Below are positions 11,456 to 20,806 of a stretch of DNA of 64,000 nucleotides, one piece after another. Each line of letters opens with the position of its first letter. Position 1 is the stretch's first letter. The stretch is from an uncultured Pelagibacteraceae bacterium. GTDB taxonomy: Bacteria; Pseudomonadota; Alphaproteobacteria; Pelagibacterales; AG-422-B15. The stretch spans positions 18,326-82,325 of the forward strand of contig CABZHU010000002.1 of the NCBI GenBank assembly GCA_902525575.1, in the 5' to 3' direction. Both the position numbers and the translations under genes were made by a program. The notes under the pieces were generated by a model. It worked only from the letters and a program-made list of their open reading frames with translations, was not told the DNA's origin and made no database searches.

Positions 11456-12436
11456 ATGAATAATCGAGATTTAGAACTTCATAGTTTTGTCCGTAACTGT
11501 GGCTTCAAAGGAGAGGATATTATTTCTGTTAAAAATGATGCTTCCTTTAGAAGATATTATCGTATCAAAAATAAAAATTTGATTGTTATGGATGCACCCC
11601 CTGATAAAGGGGAGTCAATTGAACAATTTAGAATTGTAGCTGACATCATTCATACCTTTAATCTAAGTGCGCCACAAATAGAGTCTTTCGATACAAAAAA
11701 TGGATTTATGTTACTTGAAGATTTTGGACAAACATCATTTTCAAATATTCTTAACAAAGATAATGAGAGTGAATTATATAAAAAAGCCATTGAGGTATTA
11801 ATAGAAATTTATCAACAATCAAAAAGTAAAGAAAAAAAACTTAGTAACTTAAAAAGTTATTCTATAGATTTGCTTGTGAATGAGTCATTACTATTTATAG
11901 ATTGGTATTTTGAAAAAATAAATGGTGAGTTAGTTAGCAGTAATCAAAAAAAAGAATTTATTCAAATTTTAAATGATTTTCATAATAATATAAAACCACA
12001 ATCATCGACTTTAGTATTAAGAGACTATCACGTAGACAATTTATTTTATTTAAATAATCAAAAGTCTTTAAAGCAAGTCGGTTTAATTGATTTTCAAGAC
12101 GCCGTGATCGGTTCTCCAATATATGATTTAGTATCCTTACTTGAGGATGTAAGAAGGCCACTTAAGAGAAATTTACAAAAAAAATTATTAGAGTTTTACA
12201 TAAAAGCTATAAATATAAACGCGGAGGATGCAGAGCGAGAAATGAGGTTCTTTTCAATTCAGAGAAATTTGAAAATATTAGGTATTTTTCAGAGACTTTC
12301 CATAAGAGATAAAAAAGATAGTTATCTAAAATATTTGCCAAATGCTGTAAAACTTTTAAGAAGAAATTTACAAGATCCATTTTTCAGTAATCTTGTACAT
12401 TGGTTAAAGCAATTTAAAAATCATGAACTAATATGA
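11456..12436 (+). CDS. amgK: Anomeric MurNAc/GlcNAc kinase (APH family)
   Basis: DASFRRYYR, MDAPP, RDYHVDNL, IDFQDA, QRNLKILGIF; tsaE-amgK-murU order. Confidence 0.85.
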   Translation: MNNRDLELHSFVRNCGFKGEDIISVKNDASFRRYYRIKNKNLIVMDAPPDKGESIEQFRIVADIIHTFNLSAPQIESFDTKNGFMLLEDFGQTSFSNILNKDNESELYKKAIEVLIEIYQQSKSKEKKLSNLKSYSIDLLVNESLLFIDWYFEKINGELVSSNQKKEFIQILNDFHNNIKPQSSTLVLRDYHVDNLFYLNNQKSLKQVGLIDFQDAVIGSPIYDLVSLLEDVRRPLKRNLQKKLLEFYIKAININAEDAEREMRFFSIQRNLKILGIFQRLSIRDKKDSYLKYLPNAVKLLRRNLQDPFFSNLVHWLKQFKNHELI

Positions 12437-13128
12437 TCGATACTGCAATTATTCTAGCCGCAGGTCTTGGGAAAAGAATGAGAAATTTTGATCCTATTAT
12501 TCCTAAACCATTAATTAAGGTCAACAATAAACCATTTATTCAATATGCAATCGATTTACTTAATGAAATTAGAACAAAAGAAATTATCATAAATGTTCAC
12601 TATAAGTCAGACGAGATATTGAAATTTATACACAGCTTAAGCCAAAATAATATCATAGTCTCAGATGAGTCAGATTTACTTTTAGATACTGGAGGCGGCA
12701 TTAAGAAAATATTTGATAAACATAATATTAATAAATCTCTGGTTTTAAATAGCGATGTTATATGGGGTCACTCAGATAAGAAATTAATTGTAGACATGAT
12801 AAATAGTTATCCAGAAAAGGCCGAAGCATTTCTTGGTTTGGTACCTAAACGAAACTTGAAATCGTTCAAAGGTAAGGGCGATTTTTGTAAATTAAATAAT
12901 AATGATCTAATAAGATACGACGAAAGTTCTGAGCCATATGTTTATATTGGCGCTCAAATTATATGTCAAAATGCATTTAACGGTATTGAAAAAGAGGTAT
13001 TTTCTGTCAATGAAGCTTGGAATTCATGTATTAGCAAAAAAACTCTGAAGGGCTACCAATTTAATACAAACGCACTACATTTAGGAACAGCTGAGTCTTT
13101 GAAAGAATATTTGAGTCATGATAAATAA
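12433..13128 (+). CDS. murU: MurNAc-1-phosphate uridylyltransferase-like nucleotidyltransferase
   Basis: ILAAGLGKRM, PKPLI, LLDTGGG; directly after amgK. Confidence 0.8.
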   Translation: MIDTAIILAAGLGKRMRNFDPIIPKPLIKVNNKPFIQYAIDLLNEIRTKEIIINVHYKSDEILKFIHSLSQNNIIVSDESDLLLDTGGGIKKIFDKHNINKSLVLNSDVIWGHSDKKLIVDMINSYPEKAEAFLGLVPKRNLKSFKGKGDFCKLNNNDLIRYDESSEPYVYIGAQIICQNAFNGIEKEVFSVNEAWNSCISKKTLKGYQFNTNALHLGTAESLKEYLSHDK

Positions 13129-13720
13129 ATTAATACAGAAAACTATAATAATAATTTTATTTTTTAATGTGTTTAGCATTAGTTTTGCTGAAGATGATCA
13201 AAATCTTGCAAACTTCATTATAAGAAATTATGAAACTGCTGCTCTTCCAACAGTTGGAAATAGTGAAGCAGATTATACAATTATAGAGTTTTTTGATTAT
13301 AGATGTGGTTACTGTTCAAAGCAGGCTAATGATTTTCAAAAGCTATTGAAAAATACAGATAATGTTAAAATAATTTATATGGAATGGCCAATATTTGGAG
13401 ATATATCTGTTACAGCCGCTAAGATTGCCCTCATTGTTTGGCAAAGACATCCTAAATTGTATTTTGAAATCCATAATCAGTTTATGCAGCTTGGTCCAAA
13501 GATGAAAAAAGTAAGTATTGTCGACATACTAAATAAAATTGATTTAAATGGTGAAGAAATATTTCAAGAAGCTGCCAGTCAAAATTCAAATGACATCATA
13601 GAGGCAAATATGAAATTAGCAAAAAGTTTGGGGCTTCGTGGAACACCTGCTTCGATTGTAAATGATTCTATTTATCCTGGTTATCTTCAATATAAGACGT
13701 TAGAAGCATTAATTAAGTAA
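13118..13720 (+). CDS. DsbA-family thiol:disulfide oxidoreductase
   Basis: Signal peptide, EFFDYRCGYC, GTP cis-proline motif. Confidence 0.9.
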   Translation: MINKLIQKTIIIILFFNVFSISFAEDDQNLANFIIRNYETAALPTVGNSEADYTIIEFFDYRCGYCSKQANDFQKLLKNTDNVKIIYMEWPIFGDISVTAAKIALIVWQRHPKLYFEIHNQFMQLGPKMKKVSIVDILNKIDLNGEEIFQEAASQNSNDIIEANMKLAKSLGLRGTPASIVNDSIYPGYLQYKTLEALIK

Positions 13721-13748
13721 TTATTAGATATATTGTTTTAAGAACACA

Positions 13749-13776
13749 CTTGAAAATATTTGAGAATATACTTATT
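13749..13776 (+). promoter_or_regulatory. Putative RpoH-type promoter of hspQ
   Basis: CTTGAA-N16-CTTATT immediately upstream of a heat-shock gene. Confidence 0.5.
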
Positions 13777-13786
13777 CTTTTCTTAA

Positions 13787-14113
13787 ATGATCAATAAAGC
13801 AAAATTCCAAATCGGCTCGATAGTAAAGCACAAGTATTTTGATTTTCGTGGCGTTATATTTGATGTTGATCCAGAATTTAATAATACCGAAGAATGGTAT
13901 CAGTCAATACCTATGCAAGTTCGTCCAAGAAAAGATCAGCCCTTTTATCATTTACTCGCTGAAGCTCCAAGTCAACCATCTTATGTTGCGTATGTTTCTC
14001 AACAAAACTTATTAGTTGATGAGTCAGATGACCCTGTAACACATCCTTTGCTGGACGAGATGTTTGAGGGAATTAAAAATGGCAAATATATTTCCAAAGC
14101 AAAGCACAATTAA
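13787..14113 (+). CDS. hspQ: Heat shock protein HspQ (YccV-like)
   Basis: AKFQIGSIVKH, FRGVIFDVDPEF, QPFYHLLAE, YVAYVSQQNL. Confidence 0.93.
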   Translation: MINKAKFQIGSIVKHKYFDFRGVIFDVDPEFNNTEEWYQSIPMQVRPRKDQPFYHLLAEAPSQPSYVAYVSQQNLLVDESDDPVTHPLLDEMFEGIKNGKYISKAKHN

Positions 14114-14125
14114 AATTGTATCTAT

Positions 14126-14671
14126 ATGCGTGGGTCTTTAAAACAAGTATTTGAACTCGGACCTTTAGTTGTCTTTTTTTATTTTTTTATTAAAACAGGT
14201 CAAATTCAAGAAGCTATTCTTCCTTTGATGATTGCTGCAGGTATTGCAATTGCTGGATCATACTTAATAGAAAGAAAAGTATCTCCAATGTTATTATTCA
14301 GCACTATTTTGATATTTGTTTTTGGTGGATTGACGATTTATTTTAATGATCCGTTCTTTATTAAGTTTAAAGTAACACTTGTAAACTTAATCTTTTCTCT
14401 AGCATTATTTATAGGTTTGTATTTTAACAAACCTTTATTAAAAAATCTCATGGGCTCAGCAATAAATTTAACCGATTATGGTTGGACAAATTTAAGTAAA
14501 AGATGGGGGTATTTCTTTCTATTTTTAGCTGCTACAAATGAGGTAGTTTATAGGAATTTTTCTGATGCTGTATGGGTAAACTTCAAGCTTTTTGGTATTA
14601 TGGGGCTCACCTTTATATTTATCTTTTCTCAAGTATTTTTTATTCAGAAAAACCTTTTAGATAATCAATAA
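14126..14671 (+). CDS. yciB: Inner membrane protein YciB (septation protein A)
   Basis: ELGPLVVFF, FGGLTIYFNDPFFIKFK, WVNFKLFG. Confidence 0.92.
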   Translation: MRGSLKQVFELGPLVVFFYFFIKTGQIQEAILPLMIAAGIAIAGSYLIERKVSPMLLFSTILIFVFGGLTIYFNDPFFIKFKVTLVNLIFSLALFIGLYFNKPLLKNLMGSAINLTDYGWTNLSKRWGYFFLFLAATNEVVYRNFSDAVWVNFKLFGIMGLTFIFIFSQVFFIQKNLLDNQ

Positions 14672-15501
14672 GGACGGTCTCCTAATACCGCAATTCTGTC
14701 CATTATTCTTTCATGCCCAAGACCTCTGCCAGGAAAAAAATCTGCTATTGCGTAGTGAATTACACTACGATTATCCCATATTGCTACATTATTTTCGGAC
14801 CATGTGTATCTACATGTTAAATCTAGACGTGATTGATGTTCAAATATTTTAGAGAGTATTTCATTGCTCTCAGATTCTTCTAGTCCTTCAATTTTTTTTG
14901 TATAGGTCCAATTTACAAATAATATTTTTTTTCCTGTTTCAGGATGGGTTCTTACAATTGGATGGTGATTGGAATATTCCTCAGCATCATTGCCATTACT
15001 TTCAAAATATTTATATTCATCTATAAAGAAACCCGCACCAAGAGAAAAGTGTTCAGCTCTTTTATCTTTAATAATATCTTTTATTTCTTTATCCAGCGTC
15101 TCCCAAGCCAATTCCATATTTGCAAAAACTGTGTCACCGCCTACTGGTGGTATTTTAATTGATTTTAGTATGACAGCTTTTGTAGGATTTACATTGTAGC
15201 TAACGTCACTGTGCCATCCTTCACCCCATTGGTTTTTCTCTTCTGCACCTTTAATCAGTCTTGTTATTTCTGGATAACCTTCTCTTCCTTTAACATAAGC
15301 GTGTTCTTCAATAGGACCAAAAAATTTTGCAAATCTTATTTGTTCTTCAGGAGTAATGTTTTGGTCTCTAAAAAAAATAACTTTATGTTCAAGTAATAAT
15401 TCATTTACAGTATTAAATATTTCTTTATTGATATTATTTAGAGATATGCCAGAAATTTCTGCTCCTAATGCACCTGAAAGAAGTTTAACGTTCATACTCA
15501 A
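14665..15501 (-). CDS. TauD/TfdA-family Fe(II)/2-oxoglutarate dioxygenase
   Basis: LGAEISG, WHSDV (HxD), GGDT, HPIVRTHPETG, WDNRSVIHYA. Confidence 0.92.
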   Translation of the reverse strand: MSMNVKLLSGALGAEISGISLNNINKEIFNTVNELLLEHKVIFFRDQNITPEEQIRFAKFFGPIEEHAYVKGREGYPEITRLIKGAEEKNQWGEGWHSDVSYNVNPTKAVILKSIKIPPVGGDTVFANMELAWETLDKEIKDIIKDKRAEHFSLGAGFFIDEYKYFESNGNDAEEYSNHHPIVRTHPETGKKILFVNWTYTKKIEGLEESESNEILSKIFEHQSRLDLTCRYTWSENNVAIWDNRSVIHYAIADFFPGRGLGHERIMDRIAVLGDRPY

Positions 15502-15525
15502 ATCTACTTTTTTTAGAAAAAATTG

Positions 15526-16404
15526 TCATTCTTTATGTTTCTCAGCTTCAAGAAATTGATCAATCAGTCTCCAGAGGACAAAAGAAAAGACAATTAATCC
15601 ACCAATCAGTTCAATATAAGGAGGTGTTTCACCTACACCGATCCACGCCCATAGTGGAGCCAATACTGGTTCAAGAAGTACATAAAGTGCAGCTCTATGT
15701 GGGGGTATATATCTTGATCCAATTGTGATTAATAAAAATCCTAACCCTACTTGGAATGCGCCCATAAAAAGAACGATAAACAAGTCTTCCATGCTAATTG
15801 AATAATCTGGAATGATGGCTAGACCTACAAATAACACAAAGAGACCTGAGAGAAAGACAGAAGGAACATAATCGACGTCAGGCTTGCTATTAATCATTGT
15901 TAATTGAATTGCAAAACAAATTGGGACAAATAAAATAATTATATTTCCAAAATTATTAGCCGAACCTAATCCTTGAGAGAACATTATAGCAATTCCAAAC
16001 ATCGATCCTGCTATTGCGATGATAGTTTTAGTACCTATTATTTTTTTTAAGAAAAAATAACTTGCGAAGGCTGCAAATAAAGGGCCCGTACTCATTATAA
16101 ATACAGCGTTAGCAACGGTTGTATTGCTCATCCCAAAAACAAAAAAAATATTACTAAAACCTAGAACAAACATTAGTATTATTCCTCTGCTTCCAATATT
16201 GATAAATGCCTTAGGGGTCTGAGATTTATACTTAAATAAAATATAAATAAGTGCCACTAGTGAGAACGTTATTGATCGGTAGGATGTTATCTGTATCGTT
16301 GATGCTTCATCAACAAGCCTAATCAGAAGCCCTCCAAAACTAAGAAAGAAACCTGCAGCTAATAAGCATAAAGTTCCAAAAATTTCATTGTTGTATTTGT
16401 TCAT
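15526..16404 (-). CDS. DMT/EamA family transporter
   Basis: About 10 TM segments in two repeats; LLEPVLAPLWAWIGVGETP. Confidence 0.88.
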   Translation of the reverse strand: MNKYNNEIFGTLCLLAAGFFLSFGGLLIRLVDEASTIQITSYRSITFSLVALIYILFKYKSQTPKAFINIGSRGIILMFVLGFSNIFFVFGMSNTTVANAVFIMSTGPLFAAFASYFFLKKIIGTKTIIAIAGSMFGIAIMFSQGLGSANNFGNIIILFVPICFAIQLTMINSKPDVDYVPSVFLSGLFVLFVGLAIIPDYSISMEDLFIVLFMGAFQVGLGFLLITIGSRYIPPHRAALYVLLEPVLAPLWAWIGVGETPPYIELIGGLIVFSFVLWRLIDQFLEAEKHKE

Positions 16405-16443
16405 ATTTTAGTTCAAAATTAATTTACCAAACAAATTCATTAA

Positions 16444-18165
16444 ATGATCAGTAATTTAAAAATAATTTTATTAAGCTTATTTTTTCTTATCTCATGTAGT
16501 GATCAAAATCAGTCTAATGAGACATTAGACTCTGATCAAGGCTTGTCTCAGAAACATAAATATGAGTTTAGGAAAGAATTAATTGAGGTAACAGACGACA
16601 TTTTCGTAGGTGTTGGTTACGGTCTTGCCAACTCAATTATGATTGAAACAGAAAATAATCTCGTAATTGTAGATACTTTAGGTTCTGTTGAAACTGCGAC
16701 AGAATTAATCAAGGATTTTAGAAAAATTTCAGAAAAGCCAATTAAAGCAATTATATACACTCACAATCACTTGGATCATTTAGGTGGAGCTAAAGTATTT
16801 TTTGATGAGGAATACACAGAAATATATGCACAAGAAAATATAATTTATAATTTAGATAATATTGCTACAACAATTAGACCAATAATTTTTGAAAGATCAT
16901 CGAGACAATTCGGGATTCCACTTCCAGAAGAGGAAATTGTTCATCAAGGCATAGGAGGATTCCTCGAAATTAATGATCAATCTACATTCGGACTTGTTAG
17001 GCCTAACATTCTTTTTGATGATCAAATGACGTTAAAAATTGATGATCTCACATTAATGTTAGCCCATGTGCCCGGGGAAACAGATGATCATCTTTATGTA
17101 TGGATACCTGAAAAAAAAGTTGTGATGGTTGGTGATAATTTTTATAGATCATTTGCAAATTTATACGCGATAAGAGGAACAAAATTTAGAAATCCAATGG
17201 AATGGGTTCATAGCCTTGATAAAATAAGGTTACTTAATGCAGAACATTTAGTCCCGAGTCACTCACGCCCTATTAGTGGAAAAGAAAATGTTTCAAAAGC
17301 CTTGACTGATTATAGAGATGGTATTCAGTTTGTTCATGACCAAACGATAAGATACATTAATAAGGGCTTAACACCTAATGAGATTGTGCAAAAAGTAAAA
17401 CTTCCAAATCACTTAGCTGAGTCTCCTTACCTTCAACCTTTTTACGGATCAATATCCTCTTACATAAGATCAATTTTTAGTGGATACATAGGTTGGTTTA
17501 GTGGTAACATTTCTGATCTACATCCACTTTCTGCGACTGAAAGGGCACAAAAATTTGTCAATATAGCTAGGAAACAAACTAAAATTTCAGATGAGGCAGA
17601 AAGCGCTCTTACCAATGGAGAATATCAGTGGGCACTTGAGCTTGCAGATATTTTACTTGCTTTAGACCCTGACAGTACAAACGCAAAAAATATTAAGGCA
17701 AATGCTGCAGAAAAATTATCGCAATATCAGCTTGCTTCAAATGATTACTATTTTTATAGAACTGTTGCGGGCGAATTAAGAAATGAGATTAATGTCGATC
17801 CCTCAACAGCAAATAGCGTAACCCCTGAACAATTGGAAGCTACACCTATAGATGCAATAATGAATATACTTCCAGTCAATCTTAATTTAGAAAAATCCGA
17901 AGAAATAATAAAAACATATCAATTTTCGTTTACCGATAGCGAAGAAAAGTACTCTGTGTACGTAAGAAGGGGGGTTGCACAAATCAGTAAATATCCTGAG
18001 CCTAATGCAGAAATTAAAGTTATTACAGATCAGCAAACACTCAAAGAAGTTTTTGGTGGTTTAAAGAACTTAGCCGCTATATCACTTCTTTTAGCAAACA
18101 ATACAATTAATGTAGAAGGCAGCAAGCTTGAATTTTTACAGTTTCTTGATTTATTTACGGATTAG
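16444..18165 (+). CDS. Alkyl sulfatase (SdsA1/BDS1 family), probable lipoprotein
   Basis: Lipobox LISC; metallo-beta-lactamase motif THNHLDHLGG; PGETDDH, NLYAIRGT, PSH; C-terminal SCP2-like domain. Confidence 0.88.
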   Translation: MISNLKIILLSLFFLISCSDQNQSNETLDSDQGLSQKHKYEFRKELIEVTDDIFVGVGYGLANSIMIETENNLVIVDTLGSVETATELIKDFRKISEKPIKAIIYTHNHLDHLGGAKVFFDEEYTEIYAQENIIYNLDNIATTIRPIIFERSSRQFGIPLPEEEIVHQGIGGFLEINDQSTFGLVRPNILFDDQMTLKIDDLTLMLAHVPGETDDHLYVWIPEKKVVMVGDNFYRSFANLYAIRGTKFRNPMEWVHSLDKIRLLNAEHLVPSHSRPISGKENVSKALTDYRDGIQFVHDQTIRYINKGLTPNEIVQKVKLPNHLAESPYLQPFYGSISSYIRSIFSGYIGWFSGNISDLHPLSATERAQKFVNIARKQTKISDEAESALTNGEYQWALELADILLALDPDSTNAKNIKANAAEKLSQYQLASNDYYFYRTVAGELRNEINVDPSTANSVTPEQLEATPIDAIMNILPVNLNLEKSEEIIKTYQFSFTDSEEKYSVYVRRGVAQISKYPEPNAEIKVITDQQTLKEVFGGLKNLAAISLLLANNTINVEGSKLEFLQFLDLFTD

Positions 18166-18175
18166 TTATTTATAA

Positions 18176-18622
18176 ATGGGACAAAAACAATCTTACATTC
18201 TTGGCTTATTTGGCCTCATACCATTTATCATAATTTTTTTGATGTATTTTATCTCTCCTCCAAATGATGAAATATATGATTTAATGATATTTATTTATAT
18301 TGCTTATGCTGCAATCATTTCATCTTTCTTGGGGGGTATACAGTGGGGACTAATAACAGCCTTTGCGGACAAAATTTTTTACGTTTTCACTCCACTCTTA
18401 ATAACAGTAATTCCAGCGCTAATCTCTTGGGCTGCATTATTGTCTTTAGAAAATTTAAAACTTTCTTTGGTACTATTACTTATTAGCTATGTTATTTCTC
18501 TTTTACATGATTACTATCTTTATCAACAGCTAAAGATTACACCACGCTGGTTCATTACAATGAAAGTCATACTTTCATTAACGGTTACAATGCTGACAAT
18601 TATACTTATAATTTTTGTGTAA
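18176..18622 (+). CDS. DUF3429-family membrane protein
   Basis: LGLFGLIPF, YAAIISSFLGGIQWG. Confidence 0.8.
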   Translation: MGQKQSYILGLFGLIPFIIIFLMYFISPPNDEIYDLMIFIYIAYAAIISSFLGGIQWGLITAFADKIFYVFTPLLITVIPALISWAALLSLENLKLSLVLLLISYVISLLHDYYLYQQLKITPRWFITMKVILSLTVTMLTIILIIFV

Positions 18623-18623
18623 C

Positions 18624-19847
18624 TTAAACAATTAGTCTTTGAATAAAAAAGTATAGACCGAAACAAATCAGCAAGGCAAAAGAACTATCTTTAAATAAAA
18701 TAATAATGAAATCCAGGCGAATAAAATTAACTAATTGAAATATTAATAATACTGCTAATACAAACAATATTTGCCCAAATTCAACTCCTAAATTAAATCC
18801 TAATAAACCCGATAAAATATTGCCTGAGTTTATTTCTGTATTTAATAAAAATCCTCCAAAACCAAAGCCATGAATAAGCCCAAATACTATAGTTATTAAT
18901 ATTAATAAATTATCATCATTTTTTAAATTTTCTTTTAGAAAAAAATATCCTACAGAAAATAGTAATAAGCCCATCATTAGGAATCCAGAAAACTGGATAT
19001 TAGTAATAAAGCTTAAAATAAATAATAGGGGTAAAAGTAAAACTAGATACCCCAAACTTAATAATTTTCCGTTATTATGTTTGTAGAAATATTCTAAACC
19101 TACAAACATAATAGTAAATCCAATAAGCGATTCTACTATGCTTGCATTTACTTGAACAATATCAGCTAAAGATAAGAATAAGGTAAGACTATGTCCAATG
19201 GTAAAGCCCGTAATGACTAAGATAAGCTTATTAAGATTTGTAACTATAATGAGTAGTCCCAAGATAAAGAGAAGATGATCATACCCTCCTAAAATATGAT
19301 TTAGTCCAGAATAAAAAAAATTTTTAAAACTGCTTAAAAAACTTAATTGAGTTTTCTTTTCTGATACATCAACTGATTGATCGTTAAAAAAAAGTGCTTT
19401 CTCTGTGAGTAAATCATTTTCTAAATATATTCGAGCTATATGAATATGACTTTGAATAACATTAAATAAAGCATTATTAATAATCTTTATATTTTCTTCT
19501 GAAGGACATTGAAATCCTAGTTCATATCTTAAATAGCCTTCATCTGAGCTTAACTCTCTAATATCATTGCTAGATTGACATTTTAAATCAGCTGAATAAA
19601 CATGAATGTGGTCATTTAAATAAATTTTAAATATATCTTTTTCATTAAGCTCTTTGTCTATAAAAATTTTTTCATATTCTTCAACTTGAAGTACTCTTGT
19701 TGCTTCCAATTCTAGTATGGAGAAATTAGCAATAATATCTGATCCCACAATATTCCACTTAGAAAAGGACTCACTAAAATAATGGGCATATGATTGTGAA
19801 TTAAATAACAGAAATATTAAAATTATCAGTAATTTACGAATATGCAT
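18624..19847 (-). CDS. HupE/UreJ-family membrane protein with N-terminal periplasmic domain
   Basis: Signal peptide ending AH; GLNHILGGYDHLLF, FTIGHSLTL, FGLIHGFGF, GFNLGVEFGQ. Confidence 0.88.
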   Translation of the reverse strand: MHIRKLLIILIFLLFNSQSYAHYFSESFSKWNIVGSDIIANFSILELEATRVLQVEEYEKIFIDKELNEKDIFKIYLNDHIHVYSADLKCQSSNDIRELSSDEGYLRYELGFQCPSEENIKIINNALFNVIQSHIHIARIYLENDLLTEKALFFNDQSVDVSEKKTQLSFLSSFKNFFYSGLNHILGGYDHLLFILGLLIIVTNLNKLILVITGFTIGHSLTLFLSLADIVQVNASIVESLIGFTIMFVGLEYFYKHNNGKLLSLGYLVLLLPLLFILSFITNIQFSGFLMMGLLLFSVGYFFLKENLKNDDNLLILITIVFGLIHGFGFGGFLLNTEINSGNILSGLLGFNLGVEFGQILFVLAVLLIFQLVNFIRLDFIIILFKDSSFALLICFGLYFFIQRLIV

Positions 19848-19851
19848 AAAT

Positions 19852-20754
19852 TTAAAAAGAATATCGAATAATTTCTGAATTATCTTTTAAGTATTTTAGA
19901 TAGTTTTTTAATTTTTCGTCATCTAAACCATTGTTGTAATCAAAAATAATCTTCTCTCTAATCTCATTATAATAGTTTTCATCAATTTCTTGTTTAATCT
20001 GATCAACAAGCTTAAAGATAAAATATCCATTATCAAAAAATATTGGTTGAGATACTTCATCAATACTTAGTGAAGCAATTTGATTACATATGGACTTACC
20101 AAATAGAAGATTGCAATCTTTAATATTAATTAACTTATCGGGAACCTCAAAAAAATTATTTTCATCGTAACTAGATTTAATATCTAAGAAATCTTTTGTA
20201 TTAAGTTCATAATACAATTTAGACAATTTTGGTTGAAGTGTCTTCAGGTCTGACTCTGTTCCGAGTAGAACAGACTCTTGATTAAGAGAGTTTATATATA
20301 TTGAATGAAATTGAATTTTTTGCGTAGGGGTATATTTTCCAATATTTTTTTTGTAAAAATCCCTAAGATCTTCTTCACTAATCCGATTTTTTTCAACTTG
20401 AATGATGAAGTCAATCACCTGTTTTATCATTTCTTTTCTGACACCAACATCCTTTTTATGTAGATCAAGTTCTATTCCTCTTTGCACAAGAAGTTCTTCT
20501 TCTATCATTCTTTCCAATAATAACTCTAAGATTTCAACATCATCTTCTGGTTGAATGTCTGCTCCTAGGTTTGAGGCATATTTTAAAAATTGATCTTCAG
20601 AAATAACAACATCATTTACTAGAGCGACAGCCTTTCTATTTTTGAGCTGAAGAAATTCATCATTGAATGAAATAGTTTCATAAAAAATGAGAGTTAATCC
20701 TATGATTATGGCAACAATAAATATGAGAATATTTTTATTCAAGATCTTGGTCAT
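19852..20754 (-). CDS. SurA-N/PpiC-type peptidyl-prolyl isomerase-like chaperone
   Basis: N-terminal membrane anchor, VALVNDVVIS, LERMIEEELLVQRGIELDL, degenerate parvulin C-terminus (VSQPIFFDNGYFIFKL). Confidence 0.75.
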   Translation of the reverse strand: MTKILNKNILIFIVAIIIGLTLIFYETISFNDEFLQLKNRKAVALVNDVVISEDQFLKYASNLGADIQPEDDVEILELLLERMIEEELLVQRGIELDLHKKDVGVRKEMIKQVIDFIIQVEKNRISEEDLRDFYKKNIGKYTPTQKIQFHSIYINSLNQESVLLGTESDLKTLQPKLSKLYYELNTKDFLDIKSSYDENNFFEVPDKLINIKDCNLLFGKSICNQIASLSIDEVSQPIFFDNGYFIFKLVDQIKQEIDENYYNEIREKIIFDYNNGLDDEKLKNYLKYLKDNSEIIRYSF

Positions 20755-20806
20755 TGCATGTAATATTATACTTAATTATAATTAATTATTATCAAATAAT
20801 TTTTTT

